Of a DNA stretch of 25,533 nucleotides, positions 16,882 through 25,351 are shown one piece after another. The notes beneath the pieces are model-generated. The model worked only from the letters and a program-made list of their open reading frames with translations, was not told the origin of the DNA and ran no database searches. The stretch comes from a virus (taxonomy: Duplodnaviria > Caudoviricetes), in IMG/VR virus record IMGVR_UViG_3300044630_000112, positions 1-25,533 of that record; one strand, written 5' to 3'. How positions within the stretch are numbered: position 1 is the stretch's first letter; each line of letters starts with the position of its first letter. A program made the position numbers and the translations under genes.

Positions 16882-18725
16882 GTTAGATAAGCCTTAGCCA
16901 GCGCCCTAGCGGTATCTAAATCGCCATCAAAAGCACAACGGTTAAGAGCATCTCCTACAATTGGATCTAGTGATTTAAACTCAAATAATCTTGCGCGTTT
17001 TCCTTTAGCCGCCCATTTCATAAATGCTTTTACTTCTGTGGCTTCTTCTTCTGAACTATCTGTAACGGCTATTTCTTCAGGTTTTTCTTCCAACGGATTA
17101 GGAGTTGTTGGATTAATTGGTGTTGCATCAGAGCCGCTAAGTGCTGGAGCATTTGCGGCAGTAACCGCATCAATAATGCCATCAGGTGAAAATAACAAAA
17201 CGCTTGAACCTGTAACCATCATTGGCATGTCTGCCTGTGGTGTATCAAGTAAAGGCAAGCCCATTTCAGAACGGCGTTCATTGATTGACTTACCGCCTGA
17301 GCGCACTTCAATTTCATTCTTGCGGGCGTTTTCTTCATTGTCCAAACGGTTTGAAGTCATTAGTTTGAATTCAAGTTCACGCGGCATACCTAAGTATGTG
17401 TAAGAAAGATTTGTTAGTTGCTTTGAGATCCAGTTAGCAAGCGGGCCAATGCCTAACGCTTCTGCATTTTCTGCTTGACCTTCTGAATAACCTGAGCCAC
17501 CTAAACCGCCCTTTGGAGAAAAACCAATTTCAGATGGTTGAACGCCAAAGTGACCGCAAATAGAAGTAACTAAATAATCATCAAGAGTATCTTTAAACTT
17601 TTCGCCATAACCTTCATTGACAATTGGAGTTAAACCCTTTGGCAATAGGCGGGCGCGCTTGCGTTGCTGTGTCTGTCCAGCAAGATCATCATTGAGAATA
17701 CGCTCATAAGCAAGCAAGAGATCAGGGTTAGTTCCCCAATCTTCATCAGTTGTAAACATCAATTCAGGCATAACGCCATCTGTGTACTCAGCGCGTATCC
17801 ATTGCTGACGGCGTAGGTAAATGTCTGCTAGTGAAAGCGCTCGCTCTACTGGGCTAAATCCGTAAACAGAAATAGAACGGCGATTGCGCACCATGTAAGC
17901 CAATTGATCAGATGTAAATTCACCATCTGCTTTTGGATCTTCATCTGTTGCGGAAAATTCTGAGCGCGGGAAACCATAAAGGATCTGTTGGAACGCGGCG
18001 TTTGGTGGCATTGGGCGCATACCGCGGTCATCAATAAGTGGTTTGATTGTTGTGCCATCAAGAATTTGGAAACCGTATAGATCTCCACCTACTGTTGGCT
18101 GTGGGTAAACCGCCCACGCATCAACAACAAGAATGTCCTCAACAGCAATGTTGATCCAGTCCTGCCATGTGTATCCGTTTGCAGGGTCAGGGTTTTCCCA
18201 AAATGTACGCAAGCGGTTAATTTCATCTGTGTACTTCTCGCGGGCTTTAGCCATAGCGCGCACATGATCGCCGCCTGACTCAGCCGCAATCTTTTCTGAA
18301 GCGTCATCACCTAAAACAATGTCAAACTGAAGGCCGTTCATTTTTGATTTAGTTACTTCAATACAACGGCGCAAAATATCAATTGCATCTGCTGAAGCGC
18401 GCAATGTATTAAACGGAACAAGTTTTGTTTCCGTAATGTTGATGTTCTGAGCAACCTGGTATTCATAACGGCGTGGCTCAGGGCGGCCTGTAATCGGATC
18501 AACGGGGTTAATCGCGCCAGGAAGAATTGGCATGCCTGGGCCAAATGGAACTGTTGCGCTAAATGGTGCGCGTGGGAGTGCGGTTGTGTTGCCGTATTGT
18601 GACTGTAATTGCAAGCCATTCATTAACTCTTGTGTACCAATTGTTGTTGCACCAACAGGCAGGTTAGGGCCTTTTTCAATGTCAGTTCCAACAATTGCTC
18701 TTACGATACGGTCACGCAAACCCAT
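16878..18725 (-). CDS. Portal protein (HK97-like)
   Basis: 615 aa. EDILVVDAW, LDGTTIKPLID, YGFSPVE, ICGHFGVQPSEIG, SINERRSEMGLP; RBS GAGGGG. Confidence 0.93.
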   Translation of the reverse strand: MGLRDRIVRAIVGTDIEKGPNLPVGATTIGTQELMNGLQLQSQYGNTTALPRAPFSATVPFGPGMPILPGAINPVDPITGRPEPRRYEYQVAQNINITETKLVPFNTLRASADAIDILRRCIEVTKSKMNGLQFDIVLGDDASEKIAAESGGDHVRAMAKAREKYTDEINRLRTFWENPDPANGYTWQDWINIAVEDILVVDAWAVYPQPTVGGDLYGFQILDGTTIKPLIDDRGMRPMPPNAAFQQILYGFPRSEFSATDEDPKADGEFTSDQLAYMVRNRRSISVYGFSPVERALSLADIYLRRQQWIRAEYTDGVMPELMFTTDEDWGTNPDLLLAYERILNDDLAGQTQQRKRARLLPKGLTPIVNEGYGEKFKDTLDDYLVTSICGHFGVQPSEIGFSPKGGLGGSGYSEGQAENAEALGIGPLANWISKQLTNLSYTYLGMPRELEFKLMTSNRLDNEENARKNEIEVRSGGKSINERRSEMGLPLLDTPQADMPMMVTGSSVLLFSPDGIIDAVTAANAPALSGSDATPINPTTPNPLEEKPEEIAVTDSSEEEATEVKAFMKWAAKGKRARLFEFKSLDPIVGDALNRCAFDGDLDTARALAKAYLT

Positions 18726-18807
18726 GTGTATCCCCTCAATGTGCCTCTTGTATTTCAGGCGTGTGGTTATGATAGCGATTTATTGGAATTCATGTAGTGT
18801 AAGGCTT
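18726..18807. promoter_or_regulatory. Divergent promoter region (portal on minus; leaderless cassette on plus)
   Basis: Plus strand: TAGTGT (18795-18800), 7 nt, then ATG at 18808 with no clear SD, i.e. leaderless geometry. Minus strand: TATCAT at 18774-18769 upstream of the portal RBS. Confidence 0.55.
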
Positions 18808-19809
18808 ATGAACTTAGTACAAAGGGCAGTACAAAACGGCGGCAAATTAGCCCCATTAGTCATACCACACGGATTAACAAGCGGTACAGGTTTAATGAAC
18901 CCCTCAATTTTTATTGATGATGACGGGGAAATTTTAGTAAACCTACGCCATGTTAATTACACCCTTTACCATGCTGAAAATGAGCAACTATTTCCTAGCC
19001 GTCACGGGCCTCTTTCTTATTTGCACCCTGAAAAAGATCGCCGTTTAGTAACCGTCAATTATCTTTGCCGCTTAAACGCCAACCTTGAAATGACTCACCA
19101 TGCCAAAGTGGATACATCTGCTTTTGATGTTGAACCTATTTGGGAGTTTGTTGGGGAAGAAGATTGCCGCGTAATTCAATGGGGCGGGGAGTATTACTTA
19201 GTTGGAGTGCGGCGCGATACAACTACCAATGGCGTAGGCCGTATGGAGTACAGCAAGATTGAGATTGATCGTGAGAACTGGACTGTCAAAGAAATTAGCC
19301 GTGTGCGCATAAATGCCCCTGAGCCAAATGACTCATATTGTGAAAAAAATTGGATACCTGTAAATGATAAGCCTTTTCACTTTATCAAATGGACTATGCC
19401 AACAGAGTTAGTAAAGGCTGATCCTGAAACAGGCGCGTGTGAACAGATTTTTGTAAAGCCAACAGTTGCGCCTCCTGCTGATCAGCGTGGATCTAGCCAT
19501 GTAATCCGTTGGGGCAGTATGTACATTTCTATTACCCATGAAGTAAACCTATTTAAGAATTACCTAAAGCAGAAAGATGCAATTTACCGTCACCGTTTAG
19601 TTGTATGGGATCAAGAGTTAAACATTGTGGGATTAGGTCAGCCTTTTTCTTTCCTTGATGCTCGCGTTGAATTCTGTGTAGGGGCAACGGTTCACAAAGG
19701 TAACCTTTTGGTGTCTTTTGGTTTTCAGGATAACGCCGCTTTTGTTTTGCAAGTACCGCAAAAGGTAGTAGAAGATCTAATAGTGGAGGCATTATCTAAT
19801 GAAAATTGA
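18808..19809 (+). CDS. Five-bladed beta-propeller glyco-enzyme (GH130/GT108/GT91-like)
   Basis: 333 aa from MNLVQRAV; the track start at 18532 overlaps the portal and is rejected. Motifs MNPSI, GEEDCR, CEKNWIP, RGSS, YRHR, VEFCVG, VSFGFQD. Confidence 0.7.
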   Translation: MNLVQRAVQNGGKLAPLVIPHGLTSGTGLMNPSIFIDDDGEILVNLRHVNYTLYHAENEQLFPSRHGPLSYLHPEKDRRLVTVNYLCRLNANLEMTHHAKVDTSAFDVEPIWEFVGEEDCRVIQWGGEYYLVGVRRDTTTNGVGRMEYSKIEIDRENWTVKEISRVRINAPEPNDSYCEKNWIPVNDKPFHFIKWTMPTELVKADPETGACEQIFVKPTVAPPADQRGSSHVIRWGSMYISITHEVNLFKNYLKQKDAIYRHRLVVWDQELNIVGLGQPFSFLDARVEFCVGATVHKGNLLVSFGFQDNAAFVLQVPQKVVEDLIVEALSNEN

Positions 19810-20362
19810 TCAATTAGTTGTTGAATTATCTAAAGATCCATTTAATCCAGCGCTTAATTTTGATGTTGCGGTGGAGTATGAGAAGCAAAATCAGACTGCT
19901 TCAGCCGTTTCTTTCTATTTAAGGACTGCTGAATACGGTCACACTTACCACCCTAGCCTTACTTATGCCTCACTTTTAAAGGTTGCCCATTGCTTTGATG
20001 ATCAGAATGACCGCCAGGGAACTGTTAGCAATTGTTTATTACAGGCTGTGGCTTATCTGCCCTACCGCCCTGAAGCCTATTTTCTTTTGGCTCAGTTTTA
20101 TGAACGCTTAGGACAATGGCAAGAATGTTATACCTGGGCGCAATTAGGATTGCATCAACAACCATGTGGAGCATTGCCAGTACATGTTGGTTATGAAGGC
20201 CAATATGTACTGGTATTTGAAAAAGCAGTAGCCGCGTGGTGGATAGGGCGCAAAGAAGAAAGCCTAGATTTGTTGCGTCAATTAAATGTAATAAACCTTG
20301 AGCCTGGTTATGCAACAGCAGTTAAAAACAATTTGGAAAGGCTTAGCCATGTTGATGTTTGA
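19799..20362 (+). CDS. Tetratricopeptide-repeat protein
   Basis: 187 aa, helical. A.SFYLR.AE, AVAYLPYRPEAYFLLAQFYE, AVAAWWIG; resembles the TPR part of GT2-TPR glycosyltransferases. RBS GGAGG; coupled to both neighbours. Confidence 0.8.
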   Translation: MKIDQLVVELSKDPFNPALNFDVAVEYEKQNQTASAVSFYLRTAEYGHTYHPSLTYASLLKVAHCFDDQNDRQGTVSNCLLQAVAYLPYRPEAYFLLAQFYERLGQWQECYTWAQLGLHQQPCGALPVHVGYEGQYVLVFEKAVAAWWIGRKEESLDLLRQLNVINLEPGYATAVKNNLERLSHVDV

Positions 20363-21023
20363 TGTAGGGGCTAATCGCGGTGATGCAACACTTGCCGCGC
20401 TTGCTCAAGGATACCGCGTAATAGCCTTAGAAGCCGCTCCACGCGTTTATTCACGCCTAGTTAGTAACTTTATTTACAACCCAAATGTTGTGCCTCTTAG
20501 AATGGCTGTGGCTGAAAAAGATAATGAACGCCTAAAATTTTATGAGGCTGAAGAAGATGGCCTTTCAACGCTAAGCAAAGAGTGGCTAACCAAAGAGGGC
20601 ATGCCATACAACGGTAAGCCTCACCGTGAGATTGAAGTAAACACAATTACGCTAGACACATTGGCTGACAAATATGGCAACCCTGACTTAATCAAAATTG
20701 ATGTGGAAGGTGCTGAGTGGGAAGTATTTAAAGGAATGACGCGCCATTACGGGGGAACGCTTTGTTTTGAATGGACACTTCAAACTTTAGAACAGCATGA
20801 AGAACAATTAGATTATTTATGGAATTTGGGCTATCGGGAAGTTGCACCGCAATACATAGTTAATCATTTAGAAGAACCAAAAGAATGGTTTGATTTACAA
20901 CCGCAAAGTACAGGTTCATTATTAAAATGGCATAGCCAACATTTACAGGCGTGGCTTGACGGCGGTTGGAAAGTTGCCAACCTACGCCCTACCGCTGATG
21001 TTGGAATGTTGTGGGTGCGTTAA
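20349..21023 (+). CDS. FkbM-family SAM-dependent methyltransferase
   Basis: 224 aa from ATG 20349 (RBS GAAAGG). FDVGANRG SAM motif, ALEA, V.TITLD, LIKIDVEGAE.EV.KG, FE. Confidence 0.92.
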   Translation: MLMFDVGANRGDATLAALAQGYRVIALEAAPRVYSRLVSNFIYNPNVVPLRMAVAEKDNERLKFYEAEEDGLSTLSKEWLTKEGMPYNGKPHREIEVNTITLDTLADKYGNPDLIKIDVEGAEWEVFKGMTRHYGGTLCFEWTLQTLEQHEEQLDYLWNLGYREVAPQYIVNHLEEPKEWFDLQPQSTGSLLKWHSQHLQAWLDGGWKVANLRPTADVGMLWVR

Positions 21024-24000
21024 GCGCTTAAATCGCCAACTAAAACCCATGTATTAGTTGCGCGCTTAATAAGTGTTGCTGATGACCATTGAGTGCGAAG
21101 TTTTAAACCAGGTGTAGCGTTAATAGTTACGCCACCAGTTGCTACAACAGTTGTCTGACCAGCACCAGTTTGTAAAATGTTGATCTGTGTACCTATTGGG
21201 TAAGCAACGGTTGCGTTAAGCGGAACTGTAAGGTTGTTAGCAGAAGCATTAGACATTTCTACAAGTTTTCCAGCATCAGCAATACCTATGGTGTAAGAAG
21301 CAGTCTGTGCGCTAGTAGCCAAAATAACATTGACTCCACCATCACTGGCAACAGTTATACGGTTAGTGCCACCTGTTGCAATTGCAATACCTTGAGAAAG
21401 TCCTAGTGGATTGTACTCAATGTAAGCCATTCCTGTTGCATCAACTACCATTTGCTTTCTGATAGAAGTGCCAGTCCAGTCTGAACCAGCAGTGTGTCTG
21501 TATAAAGATGTTTTTTCAAATACATTATTACCAGTAGCACTAACATTAAGTCTTTGTACTAGCGATTCATTGGTTGCTGCTGTACCTACGGTTGTGCCAT
21601 TGACATCTACTTTATATGTGGGGCTAGTCTGACCAATACCAACATTGCCGTCAGAAGCAATAGTTAAATCAGCGCTGTTATTTGTACCTAAATAAAATGA
21701 ACCAGTAGCGGTTGCGTTAAATACAACAAGGTCATTAGATGCTGTGTACATACTAAGTACAGTAGAAGCAGCGCTATTACCCATACGCATATCAGATACG
21801 GTTGTTGATGAGTAAATGTGTAAATCTGATTGTGGGTTTGATGTACCAATGCCAACATTGCCACTAGCAGTAATGCGCATTTTCTCAAAATTTCCGCCGC
21901 CAGAACCATTTGTTCTTGTTCCAAAACTTAATGCGCCGTCATAGTTGCCGTCTGTCGCGTTCTCTTTAATTCCACTGATAAATGCAAGATTGGAAACACT
22001 TGAAGTTCCAGTAGTATTTCCAATAAATGTAATTCCAGAACCAGCGTTTCCGCTTGTTGCTGAAGCCGTTCCTGTTATACCCACATTGACTACATTTGGT
22101 GACCAAGTAGTTCCTACCGCACCTGAAACATCTAACAGCAATCCTGGAGTTTTACCAATACCAACATTGCCTGACGCGTCAATACGCATATATTCTGTAT
22201 CAGAAGAATTACGGAAAGAATATGTTGCAACAGCACTTGAGCCAGTGGGTGTTCTTAAATACATACCCCAGTTAACATCTGTGGATACAGTGCCAGCCGA
22301 AAATCCTGTTGTACCACCTGTAATTCCACTTCCGCTAATAGAGTACCCAACAGACCGAGTTATTCCGTTAACATCTAATGATGTTGAAGGTGTGCTTGTA
22401 CTAACGCCAACACTACCACTAGCATTAACGATAAACGGAGTTGTATCTGAAGCCACATCATTAACTACAAATGAGTTACCAGTACCATTGTTTTGAATAG
22501 TAATTGGAACAGCAGTGCCGCTTGCAATTGTAAATGTATTGTCATTTGACCAGGCATTGCTTGTTGTAAGAATACTTGCGCCTGAAATACCTTGAGTACC
22601 AGTAGTTCCTTGTGAACCAGTAGTACCAAAAGTACCTTGAGTACCAACCTGTCCTTGAATACCAGTTGTACCCTGAACACCTTGCGCGCCAGTAGTTCCT
22701 GTTGTGCCTTGTGAACCAGTTAAACCTTGAATACCATTAGTGCCTTGAATACCCTGAATACCAGTAGTACCAGTTATGCCCTGTAATCCCGTAGTACCTT
22801 GAGTACCTTGAGTGCCTTCAATTCCCTGGCTACCAGTTGTTCCTTGTGTTCCAGTAATTCCTTGAACGCCAGTTAAACCCTGTGTTCCCTGAATACCATT
22901 AGCACCAGTTGTTCCCTGTGTACCATCATGGCCTTGAATTCCTTGCAGTCCAGTAGTTCCTTGAGATCCAGTTGTACCTGTTGTTCCCTGGCTACCAGTT
23001 ATGCCTTGAATTCCTTCAATACCTTGAATTCCTTCAGTTCCCTGAGAACCAGTCAAACCTTGAGAACCATTGAGTCCATTAGTACCTTGCGCACCAGTTA
23101 ATCCTTGAACGCCCTGGCTTCCAGTAATGCCTTGTAAACCTTCAGCACCCTGAATTCCAGTTAAGCCTTGATGACCTTCTACACCTTGAGTACCAATTGT
23201 TCCCTGAGTACCTTCATGGCCTTGAATACCTGTTAAACCTTGTGTGCCTATTGTGCCTTGAATACCGTCTAAGCCTTGAGTACCAGTTTCTCCCTGAATA
23301 CCGATAAAGCCCTGAGTTCCTTCAACGCCTTGAATTCCTTCTAAGCCTTGCGTTCCTGTTTCGCCTTGAATTCCAGTTAAACCTTGAACGCCTTGTAACC
23401 CTTGAATTCCTTCTATGCCTTGAGAACCAATTTCACCTTGAATTCCAGTGACACCTTGAGTTCCTTCAATACCCTGAATTCCTTCAACGCCTTGAGTACC
23501 AGTCTGACCCTGAATACCAACTAATCCTTGTGTACCTGTTGTTCCTTGCAAACCTTCAGTACCTTGAACGCCTTGCAGTCCTTGAGTTCCTTGAGCGCCA
23601 ACAGTTCCTTGCGCACCTGTTGTACCTTGAACACCAACGCTTTGAGTAATAAGAGAAATGTTGTGGTTGTTAGGAAAGTTTGTTGTGCCTGTTCCGCTTG
23701 AGTCAATTAGTGTTACAGGAAAAGTAAAATAATCATTAGGAACATTTGTAGGTGTACCGTTTACTTGCCATTCTTGATAATTGGCAGAATTAGTTCTATC
23801 TTGAATAAAGAAAATGTCACCATTTTTAATGTTTGCTAATAAGAAATCAATGTCCACATTGAAATCTGTTAAATGAGAAATGTAAATGTTTGTTGCAGAA
23901 CTTTGTGTAGCGTTATTCCAAATAATGTTGCCAGCGTCAGGTGGTGGTGTTTGTGAATTAGTTGTTGCGACATATTCAAAAATAGATGATGATGTACCGC

Positions 24001-25351
24001 TTGCGCCAGTGTTGCCTTGTACGCCTTGAATACCATTTAAGCCCTGAACGCCCTGGCTACCAATAATTCCTTGAATACCCTGTATTCCTTGCGTTCCATC
24101 AGTACCCTGAATACCTTCAATGCCCTGTGATCCAGTTGTGCCTTGAGTTCCTGTTGTACCTTGTGCGCCTGTAAGTCCTTGAATACCTTCAGTACCTTGT
24201 GCGCCAATAGCACTTTGAATACCTTGAATTCCTTGAGTTCCTTGTAATCCAGTTATTCCCTGAATTCCATTAGTGCCTTGCGCGCCAGTTGAACCTTGTA
24301 ATCCAGTTAAACCTTGATGTCCTTCTACGCCTTGCAAGCCTTCAATGCCCTGCGTTCCAGTTATACCCTGTACGCCCTGTGTACCTTGAGCGCCTTCTAA
24401 ACCTTGTAATCCCTCAATGCCTTGAGTTCCGTCATGGCCTTGAATTCCCTGTACACCTTGCGCACCTTCAACGCCTTGCGTACCGTCAATGCCTTGAATT
24501 CCCTCTAAACCTTGTGAACCAGTAATGCCCTGAACGCCTTCAATTCCTTGAATACCTTCAACGCCCTGCAAACCTTGTAAGCCCTCAACACCCTGAGTTC
24601 CTTGTAAACCTTCTAAGCCCTGTGTTCCTTGAGTTCCGTCAAAGCCCTGAATTCCATCTGTACCTTGAACACCCTGTAAACCTTCAAGCCCTTGTGTTCC
24701 CTGCACACCTTCAATTCCTTGTGTGCCTTCAAATCCTTGCAAACCAATTAAACCTTGAGTACCAGTAGCACCTTGCGCACCAATAGTTCCCTGTGTGCCA
24801 TCTCCCTGAATACCTTGTGTACCTTGAATACCTTCTAAACCTTGAACACCTTGTAAACCTTCAATTCCCTGTGTTCCGTTAAATCCTTGTGTACCAGTAG
24901 CGCCCTGTGTGCCAGTAATACCTTGAGATCCAGTAGTGCCTTGAGATCCGTTAAATCCTTGCGCACCCTCTAAACCCTGAATACCAAAAATACCTTGAGA
25001 ACCTGTTAAACCTTGTGTTCCAGTAATACCTTGAGCGCCATCAAAACCTTGAATACCGTCAGTACCTTGAGATCCTTCTAGCCCTTGAATACCTTGCGTT
25101 CCATCAAAGCCTTGTATGCCTTCAATACCTTGTACGCCTTGTGTACCTTGTGAACCTTCTAAACCTTGTGTGCCTTGCGCTTGTTCATAACCAAAACCTT
25201 GTAAACCTTGTGTGCCTTGAATACCTTGTGCCGCCGCCGCACCATTCATGCCTTGAACACCTTGCAAACCAACAGGGCCAGGAGTAGTTACATTGATTGT
25301 TGGGATTACTGGTTTGATAATGACTGCATTACAGCCGCAATATGTACACAT
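21020..25351 (-). CDS. Giant collagen-like fibre protein
   Basis: 1443 aa. MCTYCGC start, two long Gly-X-Y tracts split by a roughly 115-aa globular domain, about five (MRI)xASGNVGIG-type fibre repeats, and a C-terminal TASYT...WVLVGDL domain. Confidence 0.92.
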   Translation of the reverse strand: MCTYCGCNAVIIKPVIPTINVTTPGPVGLQGVQGMNGAAAAQGIQGTQGLQGFGYEQAQGTQGLEGSQGTQGVQGIEGIQGFDGTQGIQGLEGSQGTDGIQGFDGAQGITGTQGLTGSQGIFGIQGLEGAQGFNGSQGTTGSQGITGTQGATGTQGFNGTQGIEGLQGVQGLEGIQGTQGIQGDGTQGTIGAQGATGTQGLIGLQGFEGTQGIEGVQGTQGLEGLQGVQGTDGIQGFDGTQGTQGLEGLQGTQGVEGLQGLQGVEGIQGIEGVQGITGSQGLEGIQGIDGTQGVEGAQGVQGIQGHDGTQGIEGLQGLEGAQGTQGVQGITGTQGIEGLQGVEGHQGLTGLQGSTGAQGTNGIQGITGLQGTQGIQGIQSAIGAQGTEGIQGLTGAQGTTGTQGTTGSQGIEGIQGTDGTQGIQGIQGIIGSQGVQGLNGIQGVQGNTGASGTSSSIFEYVATTNSQTPPPDAGNIIWNNATQSSATNIYISHLTDFNVDIDFLLANIKNGDIFFIQDRTNSANYQEWQVNGTPTNVPNDYFTFPVTLIDSSGTGTTNFPNNHNISLITQSVGVQGTTGAQGTVGAQGTQGLQGVQGTEGLQGTTGTQGLVGIQGQTGTQGVEGIQGIEGTQGVTGIQGEIGSQGIEGIQGLQGVQGLTGIQGETGTQGLEGIQGVEGTQGFIGIQGETGTQGLDGIQGTIGTQGLTGIQGHEGTQGTIGTQGVEGHQGLTGIQGAEGLQGITGSQGVQGLTGAQGTNGLNGSQGLTGSQGTEGIQGIEGIQGITGSQGTTGTTGSQGTTGLQGIQGHDGTQGTTGANGIQGTQGLTGVQGITGTQGTTGSQGIEGTQGTQGTTGLQGITGTTGIQGIQGTNGIQGLTGSQGTTGTTGAQGVQGTTGIQGQVGTQGTFGTTGSQGTTGTQGISGASILTTSNAWSNDNTFTIASGTAVPITIQNNGTGNSFVVNDVASDTTPFIVNASGSVGVSTSTPSTSLDVNGITRSVGYSISGSGITGGTTGFSAGTVSTDVNWGMYLRTPTGSSAVATYSFRNSSDTEYMRIDASGNVGIGKTPGLLLDVSGAVGTTWSPNVVNVGITGTASATSGNAGSGITFIGNTTGTSSVSNLAFISGIKENATDGNYDGALSFGTRTNGSGGGNFEKMRITASGNVGIGTSNPQSDLHIYSSTTVSDMRMGNSAASTVLSMYTASNDLVVFNATATGSFYLGTNNSADLTIASDGNVGIGQTSPTYKVDVNGTTVGTAATNESLVQRLNVSATGNNVFEKTSLYRHTAGSDWTGTSIRKQMVVDATGMAYIEYNPLGLSQGIAIATGGTNRITVASDGGVNVILATSAQTASYTIGIADAGKLVEMSNASANNLTVPLNATVAYPIGTQINILQTGAGQTTVVATGGVTINATPGLKLRTQWSSATLIKRATNTWVLVGDLSA
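22575..23635 (-). repeat. Collagen tract 2 (about 117 triplets; G-x-Q-G-x-x)
   Basis: 18-bp periodic ccttg/ccctg on the plus strand; becomes Thr-rich (GTT) distally. Boundaries approximate. Confidence 0.85.
23995..25280 (-). repeat. Collagen tract 1 (about 140 triplets; G-x-Q-G-x-x)
   Basis: Same 18-bp periodicity, Glu/Asp-rich (GIE, GLE, GFD), with a few interruptions. Boundaries approximate. Confidence 0.85.

Noticed and set aside
18532-18807. Longer 425-aa start for the propeller gene
   Set aside because: It overlaps the portal 5' end antisense and the divergent promoter. Recognisable protein begins at MNLVQRAV (18808).
20298-20348. Upstream start for FkbM
   Set aside because: ATG 20349 has an RBS and places the FDVGAN motif at the N-terminus as usual.
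21020-21031. 12-bp palindrome TTAAGCGCTTAA at the convergent stop overlap as a recombination site or terminator
   Set aside because: It has no loop or partner copy at the other cassette end and no recombinase is present; probably a by-product of overlapping stops.
21945-22496. 183-aa plus-strand ORF, and similar antisense or alternative-frame ORFs (8107-8676, 11547-11948, 12221-12535, 17038-17403, 223-447, 326-559)
   Set aside because: They lie largely or wholly within well-supported genes, show no motifs and are explained by codon bias.
22575-25280. Periodic DNA repeats as a CRISPR array or DGR
   Set aside because: The 9/18-bp periodicity is degenerate at third codon positions and encodes collagen. 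There are no unique spacers, cas genes, reverse transcriptase or TR/VR pair.
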